A DNA stretch of 64,000 nucleotides from Octopus bimaculoides (GCF_001194135.2 NC_068982.1:111449156-111513155); one strand, 5' to 3'. Counted from the stretch's first letter, positions 1 through 13,300 are shown. Program-made: numbers and translations. Notes: generated from the letters alone by a model not told the origin.

Positions 1-548
1 GGAAGCCAGTCTGGTGGTACTGGCATTGGCCACATTGAGTTGGTGCTTTTTATGTGCCACCGGCATGGGAGCCAGTCAGGTGGCACTGGCATTGATCATG
101 TTCAGATGGTGCTTTTTACATGCCAGCAGCACAGGAGCCAAGCAGGGGGCACTGGCCACAGCTACAATATTGGTTTTACTTGACTCAACAGGTCTTCTGA
201 AGCATATCATATCGCCCGATGCATCAGGGGTATTTTTAACAGGGCCGGACATACGTGGCTGCGATCTCACTTTAGTTGCCAGATCTTCTCAATCACAGCA
301 TATCTCCAATGGTCCCGGTCTCCTGTCATTGCCTCTGTGAGGCCCAATGTTCAAAGGTCATGCTTCACCAGCTCATCGCATGTCTTCCTGGGTTTGCCTC
401 TTCCACAGGTTCCTTCTACATTTAGTGAGTGGCACTTCCTCTTCATTCATATGTAACACATTACCATACCAGCACAGACACCTCTCTTGCACACCACATT
501 TGATGCTTCTTATGCCCAACTTTTCTCTCAGGGCACCTACACTCTTCC
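1..548 (-). mobile_element. RTE-clade LINE 3' fragment (ORF2 C-terminus plus 3' UTR), decayed
   Basis: Minus strand translates, with frameshifts/stops, to LREKLGIRSIKCGVQERCLCWYGNVLHM..VEGTCGRGKPRKTCDELVKHDL..GLTEAMTGDRDHWRYAV. This is the RLRWxGHV / GRGRPRKTW / DRxxW tail of RTE-type ORF2. Same family as 9391-10110. Confidence 0.8.
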
Positions 549-645
549 CATTTGAAAGCTAAATGTAGATTTCCTGCAAACTCTGTGGAAATTTATGAAA
601 CCTCTGAACAGTTGAAATAAATTTGGAAATTAAAGTATATTGTTG

Positions 646-786
646 ATACACTTGCAGTATAAATGTTTAACTTATAACAAGTTATTGAAGTGGACATATT
701 TTCCCCTCTGCAACAGTATACTGTCCTACAAGGTGCTGTCCCACTCAGAAGAAAGAATGAGATTTCTTTCTGTTATCTTCTTGACA
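646..786 (+). repeat. Source copy of a local duplication (second copy at 1882-2015)
   Basis: ATACACTTGCAGTATAAATGTTTAAC...GTTATTGAAGTGGACATATTTTCCCC...TTGACA recurs at 1882-2015 with one 7-8 nt indel and about 3 substitutions. Confidence 0.95.
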
Positions 787-1627
787 AACAAAAAATGTTG
801 CAATTCAGCATTCAATTAGATTTGTATATTGTTTAAAGATTCAGGGAATTTTAAAAGTGAAATTAAAGCTTTTAGAAAAAGGAAATTTTCTGTTCTGCTC
901 TGCATCAGAAGATTGTCTTATAAAAAGGTCACACAGTGGCACAGGTGACTTTGTAAAAACTAGAAGCTTCATTGCCCAAACAGTCAAAACATTAAGAAAT
1001 TATTATGAGAAAAGCACTTCCGATTTTCCCCTCCGCCACATACAGAATACTGTGGAATGTACCACACATTCTTATGAAGATGCTAACTTTCAATCCTCCT
1101 TAACCATAAGCACAAGGATATCACAAAAATTTTAGACACCACATACCAAAAAAAAAAAAACACCTCTTCCATGACTAGAGATCTTGAAAACATCCTATGA
1201 TGGAGATCTGGCAATCTAGTCTCAGTTAATGACAAAACAATCACTACACAGATCAAGGAAACAGTCTTGCATTGCACTACACTCAATACATAAGGACAAC
1301 AACACAGCTAAGGCCCTCAAACTCACTTCAAATGCTGTACCTAAACAATTTCTGATGATCTTTTTAAGTATCTCAAATAATGCACCACAAAGACTAGGCT
1401 TTCTCCTCTAAGCTACAAAATACTTTTCCCTTGATCAGTTGCTGACTCTATAAAGTTCAAGAATGATCCACATTAGAGAATTGCTGGTATATCTGGGAAG
1501 GTGCTACAGCTCTACATAAACATGTAGCAATCACTGACTTACAGACATACAGCTTTTAGTTCTTGCTTCTTCTATCCATTTACTCTGAGTCAGTGAACTA
1601 TCTCCAGCCAAGAACAATGCATCTACT

Positions 1628-1876
1628 ACGTTATTTACAATTGACGGATATTTGTCTTCATCTTGTTTGTTGTTAACACGTTTTGGCTGATACACCCTCC
1701 AGCCTTCATCAGGTGTCTTGGGGAAATTTCGACCCAGGGTTCTCATTCCTAAGGTATTTTTCTATGTTGTTGTCATTATCATTATTATTATTATTATTAT
1801 TCAGGTCACTGCCTGGAATCAAACTTGGAATCTTGGGGTTAGTAGCCTATGCTCTTAACCACTACACCACATGCCC
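1628..1876 (-). mobile_element. tRNA-derived SINE, family H (hammerhead-like tail), 3'-truncated copy
   Basis: Reverse complement reads GGCATGTGGTGTAGTGGTTAAG (A box)...AAGTTTGATTCC (B box), then (AAT)n, then a tail aligning with 2016-2304. Lacks the last ~30 nt of that copy. Confidence 0.85.
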
Positions 1877-2015
1877 GTGGTATACACTTGCAGTATAAAT
1901 GTTTAACAGGTTATTGAAGTGGACATATTTTCCCCTCCGCAACAGTATACTGTCCTACAAGGTGCTGTCCCACTCAGAAGAAAGAATGAGATTTCTTTCT
2001 GTTATCTTTTTGACA

Positions 2016-2304
2016 GGCATATGGCATAGTGGTTAAGGGTGCAGGCTACTAACCCCAAGATTCTGAGTTCGATTCCAGGCAGTGACATGAACAACAACGA
2101 CGACAACGACAACAACAACAACAACATCATCGAAAAATACCTTAGGAATGAGAACCCAGGTTCGAAATTCCCCCAAGACACCTGATGAAGGCTGGAGGGT
2201 ATATCAGCCAAAACGTTGTGTTAACAACAAACAAGATGAGGATAAATATCTGTCAATTGTAAATAATGTACATAATTCCTCATCTCTTAAATATAGAACT
2301 GTAT
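2016..2304 (+). mobile_element. tRNA-derived SINE, family H (hammerhead-like tail), apparently full length
   Basis: A box TGGCATAGTGG, B box GAGTTCGATTCC, (AAC)n linker, tail ...GACACCTGATGAAGGCTGGAGGGTATATCAGCCAAAACGTTGTGTT...TTAAATATAGAACTG. Confidence 0.85.
2177..2222 (+). ncRNA. Minimal type I hammerhead ribozyme-like motif, G12A variant (probably inactive in this copy)
   Basis: Helix I GACAC(2177-81)/GTGTT(2218-22); CTGATGA at 2182-88; extra A; helix II GGCTG(2190-94)/CAGCC(2205-09); AAAA in place of GAAA (2210-13); palindromic ACGT helix III; putative cleavage triplet GUU. Confidence 0.5.
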
Positions 2305-4112
2305 AATGCATCTACTTCTCTTTCTCTCGTTATGTGTCCAAACCAAACTTGTTATTGCTCAATCCTTTCTTAAATATTTTCTGCAATTTGAGCAGAAGGA
2401 CAGAGCTTGTTTTTTGGAACACCAATCTAATACAAAGAGAACATAGGTTCCATTTAGATACAGATTCCAAGGTTCTGAATACAACACATGGTCTGCTCTT
2501 TCTGCTAACACTCACATGGATACATAATTGAGAAGTTTGCTCCGTAATTATGTAGTGATGGATTCAATCATACTGCACAAATGTCTACTTCCATAGTTTT
2601 AAGCCAACAAGATCCGTTTAAGGAAAACAGGATAAATTCAATCTATGGAAGCCTAATGTACCTGATGAATCTTGGTTTCTCTCCCCCACTCCCATCCCCA
2701 GTTGCATTGATGCTAGAATAATGTGATCTTTTGCCAATTCTTCACACTGTATCTTGAGTCACTGCACAATTTTAGTATGTGGTTGAAATGATACTTGCAT
2801 TTCTTCTTTTGAGCTGCCATTTGCAGTTTGGAATAAAAAATATTTGTGATAAGAATAGACATTTTTTTCTTAGAAGTACATACATATATATATAGAGAGA
2901 GAGGTGGGGAGACCAGTGTGAAATGTTTCTTTCACTCCATCAGTCTTGGAGATTCTGCTCAGAACTAATCACCACCACAAAAAAGATATACACATAAAAA
3001 GTTCAATAAAATCCCAGTAATGATAGAGACCAGGATATATACCTACATCTAGGTCTTTTGCCTATTTCGTAACTGCTAATTCTCTATCTGCTAGTCCTCT
3101 TGCCTACTCGGTACACACTCATCTATTACCATCTCATCTATTAACCACACTATGCCACCAGCATGAGGGGAAACTCTAGATCTGTTCACACTCAATCCTC
3201 TACTACTACTTGTAACTCTCTACCCCTTTGAGTAATGAAGGCTTGCAATGGGATCTGCTGATACCCAATATTACAGCTCCACTGACATCTCTCTCTCTCT
3301 CTCTCTCTTACCATTCCTATCCTTATCACTCTTCACCTGCACTCATTTTTTTTTTATTTCTACATGTCATCCTTATTTCCACCCACCCCAGATTACTCAT
3401 TATTTCACAACCATTTTAACAATAATCTATTTGCTCTCTCTTTACCAGCTACCGTTACTAGCTCTCTCATTTCTTCCACCTCTTCCATACTGTCAACCTA
3501 ATCACTTTGTCTTTGCCCCTCACACACAAACTCCTTTCTCCATGTGACCCAACTTCATTTTCTTTTTCTTCCATACAGTCACCTCAATCACTTCATTCTT
3601 CCTTTCTTCATGTCACTCCAGCTCATCTTTTGCAATTGCCTTCTTTTCTACCCACTCTATTATTCATACTTCCTAGAACAGAGGCAACATTGAGCAGTGA
3701 AAATTTGTGTTTTGTGGTACAAGGTAACCTCACTAGTGTAGGTACCAAAAGAAACACCCAACATACTGTGAACTGGTTGTGGAACATGTAGAAAAACAAA
3801 CATAGGGCCAAGAGGATCATTTAATCTTGTCCTGGTGAGAACATCACATCTTTAAAGCTAATACCATAATAAGATGCACCTCATACATTCTATGGAGTAA
3901 TTGGAGTTAGGAAGGGCAACTAGACATAGAAACAAAGCCAAAAGGAAACATACAAACAAGATGTTGTCCTCAACCAATCTAAGAAGGCAATAATTCTGAA
4001 TGATAAATAACTATGACTAAGATAACCTATCCAACACATGCCAGCATGGATAGTGAACACAAACTGATGATGACAATATCTCTGTGCACGTGTGCATGTG
4101 AATATGTAACTA

Positions 4113-4478
4113 TGTGGTTAAGAAGTTTGCTTCTTCTCAAACACATGGCTCTAGGTTTAGTCTCACTACATAGCATCTTGGGCAAGTGTCTACTATAGCA
4201 CTGGGCCAACCAAAGCTTTGTGAATGGATTTGGTAAACAAAAACTGAATGAAGCCCAACATATGTGTGTGTATTTGTGTTTGTCCCCCACTACCACATGA
4301 CAACTAGTATTGGTTTCTCTACATCCTTGTAACTTAGCAGTTTGGAATAAGAGATTGATAGAATAAGTATCAGACTTTAAAAAAATTAAATACTAGGGTC
4401 AATTTGTTTGACTAGAGCCCTCCAAGGCAGTGCCCCAGTATTGCAGCAGTCCAATGACTGAAACAAGTAAAAGAAAAG
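4113..4478 (+). mobile_element. tRNA/CORE-like SINE (family A), degenerate
   Basis: Aligns by eye to 62168-62535 (CTTGGGCAAGTGTCT core, GATAGAATAAGTA, GACTGAAACAAGTAAAAG end). CpGs largely decayed. Confidence 0.8.
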
Positions 4479-7400
4479 ATATGAGTTCATGGCATGGCTA
4501 ACTAGTTGAGAAGTGCACTCCATAATCATGTGGTCCCAAGTTCACTCTGATTGCATACCATCTTGGACAAGTTCTTTTACTAGTCTCCAATCAACCCAAG
4601 CCTTGTGAGTAAAAGCAAGAAGATAGAAACTGTGTGAAAGGCTATGCAATGGACCACCTGTATTTTAAAGAGCCAGCTTTATGATACACTGTGTTATGCT
4701 GATTCTATTTCACTAAGAATTATATTAAGAATACAAGTGTTTGTGAAATTCTCAGCTACTGACGCTATAATTCAACGAGTAGGTAGTTCTGCTAATTAAG
4801 CAACTGGAATACTCATCAATGAAACCAACAGCAGATCCAATTACTATATGTGCATATATGTACTCAAGCAAATACATTCAAAAATAAAATATACGCATAC
4901 ACACGTATAGTCTATTCCCACACATTAGTAACTGTTAAGTCTGAGCATCAGCCACATCAATTACACCTGTCTGAGAGGGTTCACAAAGGTGATGGGCTCT
5001 GTACCTCATCTCCTAACTAATTTATATATTTAAAAAAATGACAGAGATGACTTCTTTACCAAGTTATTATTCTCTCAAAAGTTATCTCTCTATAGAATTC
5101 CACATTTTCTCACCAACATTTATTTCCACTAACTTAACACACCTGTCTCTACTGCTACTACAGCAGTCTTTTTTTTTTACTCTGAACCAACAAGCACTCA
5201 ATGCCACTGCAACTTCTCTCATCACCCTTGCTATGTTACACCCTAAAACCCTGTATCAAATTAAACACTTTCAAAAATTGCAATTTTCAGGAATTCCAGT
5301 TCACACATTTTTCCATATACATACTGAACTGATTTACAAAAAAGTTCAAGCTGAACGTCAACTAGGTTGATTCCAGCAGTCTGAGATAGCTTACAAAAGG
5401 AATGGGTACTAACTCTACTCCATTGATTAAATACAAACAATTAAAAAATTTTACTCTCTCTCTAATTACAGAAGTGCCACTAGAGGTTATAGGTTCTGGC
5501 ATCACTGCATTAATCTAAGCAAAAAAGCTAATAGAAAATTCAAAAACAGAAAACTACTACTGAATCAGCAGATAGGTTAAGTCTGATGTATTTAACTGAA
5601 GATATATATCAAAAGTAAATGTCACAAACTATTACCCTTATAGCCAATGTCTTTGATTGATATACATCAAAGAATGTGCAAATTAAGAGCAGATTATAAG
5701 TAGAATTGATAAAAGAAGTGTCATATTTCTATGCATATTTTATAACATTCAATACGCAAATGTACTTGCACATTAGGTAAAATTATAATTGTGTTCTCTA
5801 TATGAGAAAGATAAAGCCTTTATCTTTTGAATGTTTGTTTCAATGTGAGCCATATATTATATTAGTTAAAAGAAAAAGAAAATGAATATTTTCAATAAAC
5901 TTTTCATCAATACTATTGAGTTCATATGAAATCAATGAAACAAGAAATCAATATTTTTGTTATATATGTGTTTAAAATCAATCTTTGAACTTCAGCCAAT
6001 ATTAGATTTGTAAATGAAAGTTTTCATTTCTTTCTTGTTACTGTCTTCATACCAATAAATCCTTATATGCTGTATCTGTAAGACACATTATAGTGTACTA
6101 CTGGGAGATTCAAGTCAGGTTTTATAAGTATCTTAAATAAATACAAGCTACTCATGGAGAAAGATATCAATAATTATATAACATGGAGCTCTATGTTTAC
6201 TACTATCAGTGAGTGAACTATCTCAATATATTAACATTTGTTTTCTTTTGCTGATATGGCTACAATTCTACATTCTTCATGTATCTCACTTCACCTGAAG
6301 CTTAACATCTTCACATTTGGTTTGACTATTTAGATTAAACATCTTTAAAATTCTATGGTTACTTTGCAACAATCATATATCATCCATTCACATCCTATGT
6401 CTATATTTTTTATAACTCAGTTACACTCCCCTTTTCTCAGATCATACAACACATCTAAAATAACATATACTTTTCCCATGCAGCCACTACACAGTCTCTC
6501 GATAAGTCTTCTCCCAAGAATGCCTTTAGGGTAATTTATTAAAGAGATTTATTAGAGTATCATCATACCCATTTTTTTTACCCCTTATTTTTTACTACAT
6601 TGTTATATTTAAATCCAATGTTACAAATCTGAATTAGCTACGCCTAACTGATACAATTAACTGTCCTGTAAAAAAAAACACACAGTATATACATGGATGG
6701 GGTATTTAATTTTCAACTACATACACATATAAAAAAAAAATACAAACTGTTATAGAAAAATCTAAGTTTTAGACAAACAAGGAAATAGAAAGGAACATGG
6801 CTGAACAACTTCTGTAAACAGCTTTACCAGTTTGATTACCCAGCCTTACCACTGGGAACATAAAATGTAGCATCCACTAATTTCTGCTTAGTATCATCCC
6901 TGAATTCAGTGTTATATTAATAAGAATAGGCTTAACATGAAAGTTACCAGGAAGTTGATATATTTTGATTGATACTGCAGGACTAGTGTTGAGTTAACAA
7001 CTGCAAAGCTGTCCAATAGTTTCACACTTTCTTGCCATTTTTTACCTTTGGGGTGGGGGAGGAGATGGGGGGTTAACATTTTTAACCCTGGCTGTACAGC
7101 TTTCTTTCAATCCAATAGTTAAAGGGTTTTGATATAATTAATTATTACTGTAAAGAATGTGATATATGCAATGCTAAGATCAATGAAATAGCTATACAAC
7201 ATGTTTTACTGAATATTTATTGTAACGGTCATTTCAAATTTTCCTTTTAAAAACTTCAACAATTTCTTTTAATAATAATCCTTTAGAGTGGATGTCAACT
7301 GAAAGTGGAATAGGATTAGGGTAAAAGGACCTACTTACCGAAGACAACAATGACACTTCTCTTCTAATGAGGTTTACAGAATTGGGCCTTATTCAAAAGC

Positions 7401-9390
7401 ATAATATAATACCTACTTAGAGTAAAGTATATTTATAGAAAACCTATTTATAAATGCAGATATTCATAAACATTTGTATTATATTGTTTAGCCATAGGTT
7501 CAACACTGATTTTCAACCTTATGACCAAAAGCATAAACATCCCATTTTTATCAGAGTATGTACACTGCATTAACTGAAGTGTCCAAATTTAAGAAAATAA
7601 GTTTGCTTTTGAAGGAGATTTAGGTGCTATCTCTAGTAAGTTGAATGACTAAGTAGTTTCTTTCACTGACACAATAAAAAATTTATGCTTCTTCCATCAA
7701 TATTTTTTGCATTATACTCTGATGTCTGTACTGATATCATTAACAGCAAGCAAGTAGTTTTATCAAGTACAGTTTAATATTTTAAATGTTACAACTCTCA
7801 TCAGAAGAAGATTTGAACTTAAGAAGAAAAAATATTTTGAAGGCAGCTATAAAAATAAACAAAACTTTTAGTTGGCCATAATAAGGTCCAAATGCTGGTG
7901 CAGTTCACTGAACCAACTATAAACCATGACTGCAACTGTGCTATTCTCTCACAAATGATGAACTTCTCCACCAATGCTTTTCGCCCTACACTGGAATTCA
8001 TTTCCACAAGATGCAACACTTTTGTTAGCTCTCTAAATATTTATTTCTATCAACAATATCCACCTGTCCATCTCTACACACAATAAGACCACTGGTTTCC
8101 AATTGTATATCAATTATTCTTCCTCACACCATATACAACAAATCTATCTTCTCTTAATTTCTTTGTCTCCACTGAATGTGCAACAGCAACTCTGACTTTC
8201 ACTAAATCCAAGGAGATGCACCTCTTCCATGATCTCAAGGGTTCTGTTCCAAATACCTTTCTTAGAACCCCCAGCTACCAACTAATCTAGCATGCTCCTA
8301 CTGAGAACACATACACCTGCAAACTGAATTCTCCTCTCTTATTTTCCACCTAACTACCCTTCTACCATAACATCTACTTTCTCTCTGACCCTGTAAACTC
8401 TTCGATATTTTCTACACCACCTCATCTCTCCTTCAAAAGAGACTGAAATTTCTAAAGCTGCTTTAGAAGTTTGCAGCCACATTCAGTTTGGTATTTCAAA
8501 TGTTCTTGTCCTAAATGCCATACTTGCCCCTTTGTCTCAGACACCACAACCATAACTGACTCAAAATACCAGAACATCATCACTCAACACTTTAGTTGCA
8601 CTTCTACAAACATCAGCTATTGCACTACTAACTTTGCAATGTATTATATGATAGGAAAATTGTCATGCTGATACATGACTATTTTTGAAAACAATCTCAT
8701 GACATTTTCCATTGGATTCTGGGCAGACTCATAGCCCATATTTCAACTTCTCTGGGTACTCTACTCATCATATCTCAATGTCTGAAGTTCATGAATACCA
8801 CAGTACCCAGCATTCTCACAAAAACGAAAGGGAGTAACTGATCTTCACACTTGTCACATCCTCTATCACAAGCTTTAACAATTTTTTCAGAAAATGTTTA
8901 ATAAAAAAAAAAAAGTCCTAGTCAAAAGGAATTTTATAATAAATTTGAGTCTTTTAGTATTGAGTCTCCCCCACTTGTAAATGTTTATTCATAAAGTTTC
9001 TTTAAAATAATAGAATAAAATTAACACAAAATATACAAATACACATATATATCACCACCACCACCATTTAACATCTAATTTTCCATGCTGGCATGGACAG
9101 AATGGTTCAGCAAGATTCAACTGGCCAGAGGACACATTTTGACACTGATTTCATCTTTGGCATGGTTTCTATGGCTGCACACCCTTTCTGACACCAATCA
9201 CTTTATAGTGTGAAATGAGTGCTTTTTGTAGAACTTGTAACTAGAAAAGCAAGAGTTGCTATGATGGAAGGGTACATACATTACATACATACAGGTTTGA
9301 TGATACAAACAGGAATATAGAGCACAAAACACATGAAACATTTGGCCCTTGGGTCACTGTAACTTCTACTAATTAATAATAAATATAGTC

Positions 9391-10110
9391 ATAAGAGGAA
9401 TCAGATGTGGTGTGCAAGAGAGACAACCGCACTGGTATGGTCATGTGAAGTGTATGGATGAGGACAGCTGTGTAAAGAAGTCCTGATCTCTAGCTGTGGA
9501 GGGAACCTGTGGAAGAGGTAGACCCAGGAAGACATGGAACAAGGTGGTGAAGCATGATCTCCAAACATTGGGCTTCACAAAGTCAATGAGTAGTGACTGA
9601 GACTTTTGGCAATATGCCATGCTTGAGAAGGCCTGTCAAGCTAAGTGAAATCATAGTCGTGGCCAGTGTCACTGGCACATGTTCTAGTACCACATAAAAG
9701 CACCTTTTGAGCACTGGGCCTCATGAAGGCAATGTGGCCAAGGCTAGTATCGAGTAATTAGTACCTGTGCTGGTAGCATGTGAAAAGCACTTTTCGAGCA
9801 TTGGGCCTCAGAGAGGCAATAACAAATGACCGAGGCCTTCGGCAATTGTTGTGCTTGAAAAGAAGACCCATCAAGCCAAATGAAATTGTAGTTGTGGAAG
9901 ATACTGGTGCCATGCAACTGGCACCTGTGCCAGTGGAACGTAAAAACACCCATTACACTCTTGGAGTGGTTGGCATTAGGGAGGGCATCTAGCCGTAGAG
10001 GCTATGCCAAATCAGACTGGAGCCTGGTGCATCCCCTCAGCATGCTAGCCCTAGTCAAAGCTTCCGACCCATGCCAGCATGGACAACAAATGTTAAATGA
10101 TGATGATGAT
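9391..10110 (+). mobile_element. RTE-clade LINE 3' fragment ending in (GAT)n tail
   Basis: RGIRCGVQERQPHWYGHVKCMDEDSCVKK*..VEGTCGRGRPRKTWNKVVKHDLQTLG..D*DFWQYAML, then 3' UTR with AAAAGCAC repeats, CCATGCCAGCATGG stem-loop and (GAT)n. Confidence 0.85.
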
Positions 10111-10317
10111 GTGTGTTTGTGTGTGTATCCAACCACTGAACCCTATCTGGACACCCATAAAATTATTTTCATTTTACCCCCATATGTATACAATCTGAAC
10201 CTTGTCACCTGTGTACTTTGACCTCTACCTTTATATCAATATTTTTCTCTATCTCCACAGACTGAACTTTGTCATTTGTATCCATTAGCTTCTATTTACC
10301 CATACAATTGTAATCAC

Positions 10318-10320
<3 letters not shown>

Positions 10321-10376
<56 letters not shown>
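10321..10376. repeat. (CA)n microsatellite running into an assembly gap
   Basis: Perfect AC dinucleotide run followed by N at 10377-10386. Confidence 0.98.
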
Positions 10377-13300
10377 NNNNNNNNNNAGTGTTTACTAAGC
10401 ACCTCAGCTGAGACTATACTTCCTCTCAACGAAAAGCCAGTCCTAAAACACATCTCCTCATGACATAGAAACTTATTTAAACTCAAATATTTCAACAAAT
10501 TTTGCTCACACAGATCACTACCAATTTCTTCAGACTCTTAAATTACAAAAACAAAAAAGAAATTCAAACAAAAATTTCATTGATTAGGTAAATTACAAAG
10601 CAACAGCAAATATTAAAAATTCTATTTTGTAATAGTTGCAAATAAAGTTTATTATTATTTCTTGAGATAATTGCAGAAAATATTTCTTTAAAAATGAAAA
10701 AAAAAAAAAAAGAACTATTTACCAATGTTAAAAATAATTGGTAAGTGTACTTAAGGATTCAAATACATTTCTTAATTTGATAATTTATTTTTACTTCGAA
10801 TGGAAAACTTTGTTATTAGTGCAATTAGGGATGTAATTACTTTGCATTATTTTTAATTTTCTAACATTCTAGTACTAAATTGATATAAATTATGAGAACA
10901 ACAATCATATAACGATATTATTTCCTGGTTACTTTCAGGACATTGCTACTGCAAAAATAAGACCATATCATCATCACCTGATCATCATCATTAGTATTAT
11001 CATCATCATTTTAACGTCCACTTTTCCTTCCTTGCATGGGCCACACAGAGTTTATCGAGGTAGATTTTCTATAGCTGAAAGCCCTTCCTGTCACCAGCCC
11101 TTACCCATTTCCAAGCAAGGTAACATCTTCCCTTGGCTAGACATGTTTTCACAATGTTAGAAATAACACTGCTTGTATGACAATGGCACTCGTTTACAAC
11201 TATTCCGTAATGTTAGACAAAATGATACAAATACACTCCCACACTCTCTTTTGCTTTCTTCCTCACACTCAACTACACACACAAATGACAGACTTCTTTC
11301 AGTTTCAATCTACCAAATCCACTCATAAGATTTTAATCAGTCTGGAGCAAAAAAAAGACACTTTGCCCAAGGTGCCATGCAGTAGGGACTGAACCCAAAA
11401 CCAAGTGGTTAGGAAGCAAACTTCTCAACCAGAAAACCATGCCTGCATCTATAAGCCATGCCTGCATCTATCCAATTGTTTAGTATATTTATGGACTATC
11501 TTTTCAAAAAATGTTTATAAGAACCCACCTAGTATTTCATCAAGCTCTAACAAACAATCTGGATGGCATCTAGCATCTTCAAGCAGATGTCCAAATCTCT
11601 TGGTTGAGCTAGTTAAAATGAGTTTCCAAAATAAAGATGGAAAAAAAACAAAGAAAAGAAGAAAAAAAAACACTGGTTTTATTGACAAGCAGGTTTCAAG
11701 CTGAGATATTTCATTGATCTGATGGGAACTGGTATGGCCAGCGACAGTTGGTCATTGATAGAATATAATTAGGAACTTAGAATATTGACAGTTACTTGTA
11801 AGATGATGAAGCTAGTGTAACACACTTTTCCTATTCAGTGTTCAATATCAGTATGTGTTAGACAAGTCAGTTAAATAACATCCGACACTTTTCCTAATGA
11901 ATGCAATATAATCAGGAAATATGCTATAGGTGTACTTATTTGCACAGTTTATGAATATAAGCGTGTGTATGTGTAGGTGTGTGTCTGTTTGTATGACAGT
12001 GTGTTTCAGTGTATCTGTGCATGTAGTAGCATGCATTAGTATGAGTATTGATGTGTTTCAGTGTTAGTATATTGATGTGCATTTGCGTGTGTGTTGGTAT
12101 GTGTCAGTGTGTGTGTATGCACACATCAGAATGTGTAAAGTGGGTGTGTCAGTCAATGTTTTTGTGTCAAGATGTGTGTGTGTGTTTTGTCTGTCAATGA
12201 TGTTTCATGACTTGATAGTTAGTTTGTTGTAAGATTAATAGCTCCTTCAACTGAACTTGTAACATGTTCTGACAGTGGAGGCTGTCAACTTGTAAAGCAC
12301 AGCACAGATTCAAAAAACAAATGAGGTATTAGTGCTTGGAATACAAGACTTTTCTGTTTTTTCTTCTGTTAAACCCTCAGCAGAACCATAGTGCAGTTAT
12401 CAGCCACTTGAGGCAGCACAAGTTAATGCATTTCTCAATTTCATTCTTGAACTACCCCACTAGAATGGATTGTCCAAATACACTATTATAGTTTGTATGT
12501 TGTACAGAGAAGTGGATACTGACATTCTGGGATTGACCCTTTGTCCTAAAAGAGAAAAACAATTTTCTTTCTCAGAAGAAAGGTCAGTCCCAAAATGTCA
12601 GAATTCACTTCCTCTACACAGCATACCAACTTATCGACACTCATGAACTTCAATATATAATTTTAGCCAGCACAGACTTCCACTAGTTTCCTCAAAGTCT
12701 GGTTTTTATAGCTGAATGTGTACATTATTGCTCATTTGTAAAACCAGCTAAGATATTGATTTTAGCCATTGTGACTTTCATTTATTTTTATGTGAAATTA
12801 CCATAATGTTTGAGAAGCTACAAGGGGATGTCCTAATTGTTCTTAAATCTAAATTAATAACATTTCAGCAACAAAGATAAAATTTATGAAGACATATAGT
12901 CACCAAAAGATTAGATCTGAATGAATATATATCCGAAAGTGACGAAGAAGAAAAAAAATTCGTCTTATTTTTGGCATTATTACTATATTATCATCATTTA
13001 ACGTCCACTCTCCATCCTGGCATGTGTTAGACGGTTTGACAAGAGCCGATGAGCCAGAGAGCAGCACCAGGTTCCAGTCTGATTTGTTAGAAAATAATGT
13101 ATCTTTGAGAATTTTCTCAGCTACATCTCCTCTTCAAAATCTTTTGCCAGTAACCCTTTCCATCTCCAAACCAAATATCTTGTTTCAGATAGTGGTAGAT
13201 GCATGGTAGTGGGATTAAGAAAGCAATTAGTTGCAGAGTCTATTCCAACATGAAGCACCAAGAGTAGATACCTTCTATCACATATTCACCAATGCCTTTG

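Larger units (their letters stand above)
1616..2316. repeat. 12-bp direct repeat AATGCATCTACT (1616-1627 and 2305-2316), putative TSD flanking the SINE-insert-SINE block
   Basis: Exact 12-nt match directly abutting the outer ends of the two inverted SINE copies. Confidence 0.85.

Noticed and set aside
2016-2085. tRNA gene (and other tRNA-like heads)
   Set aside because: A and B boxes are present but there is no complete cloverleaf, and each continues into a SINE body.
7325-7390. Strong minus-strand donor (TCG|GTAAGT), and another near 34575
   Set aside because: The upstream frames do not resemble dynamin or any protein I recognise.
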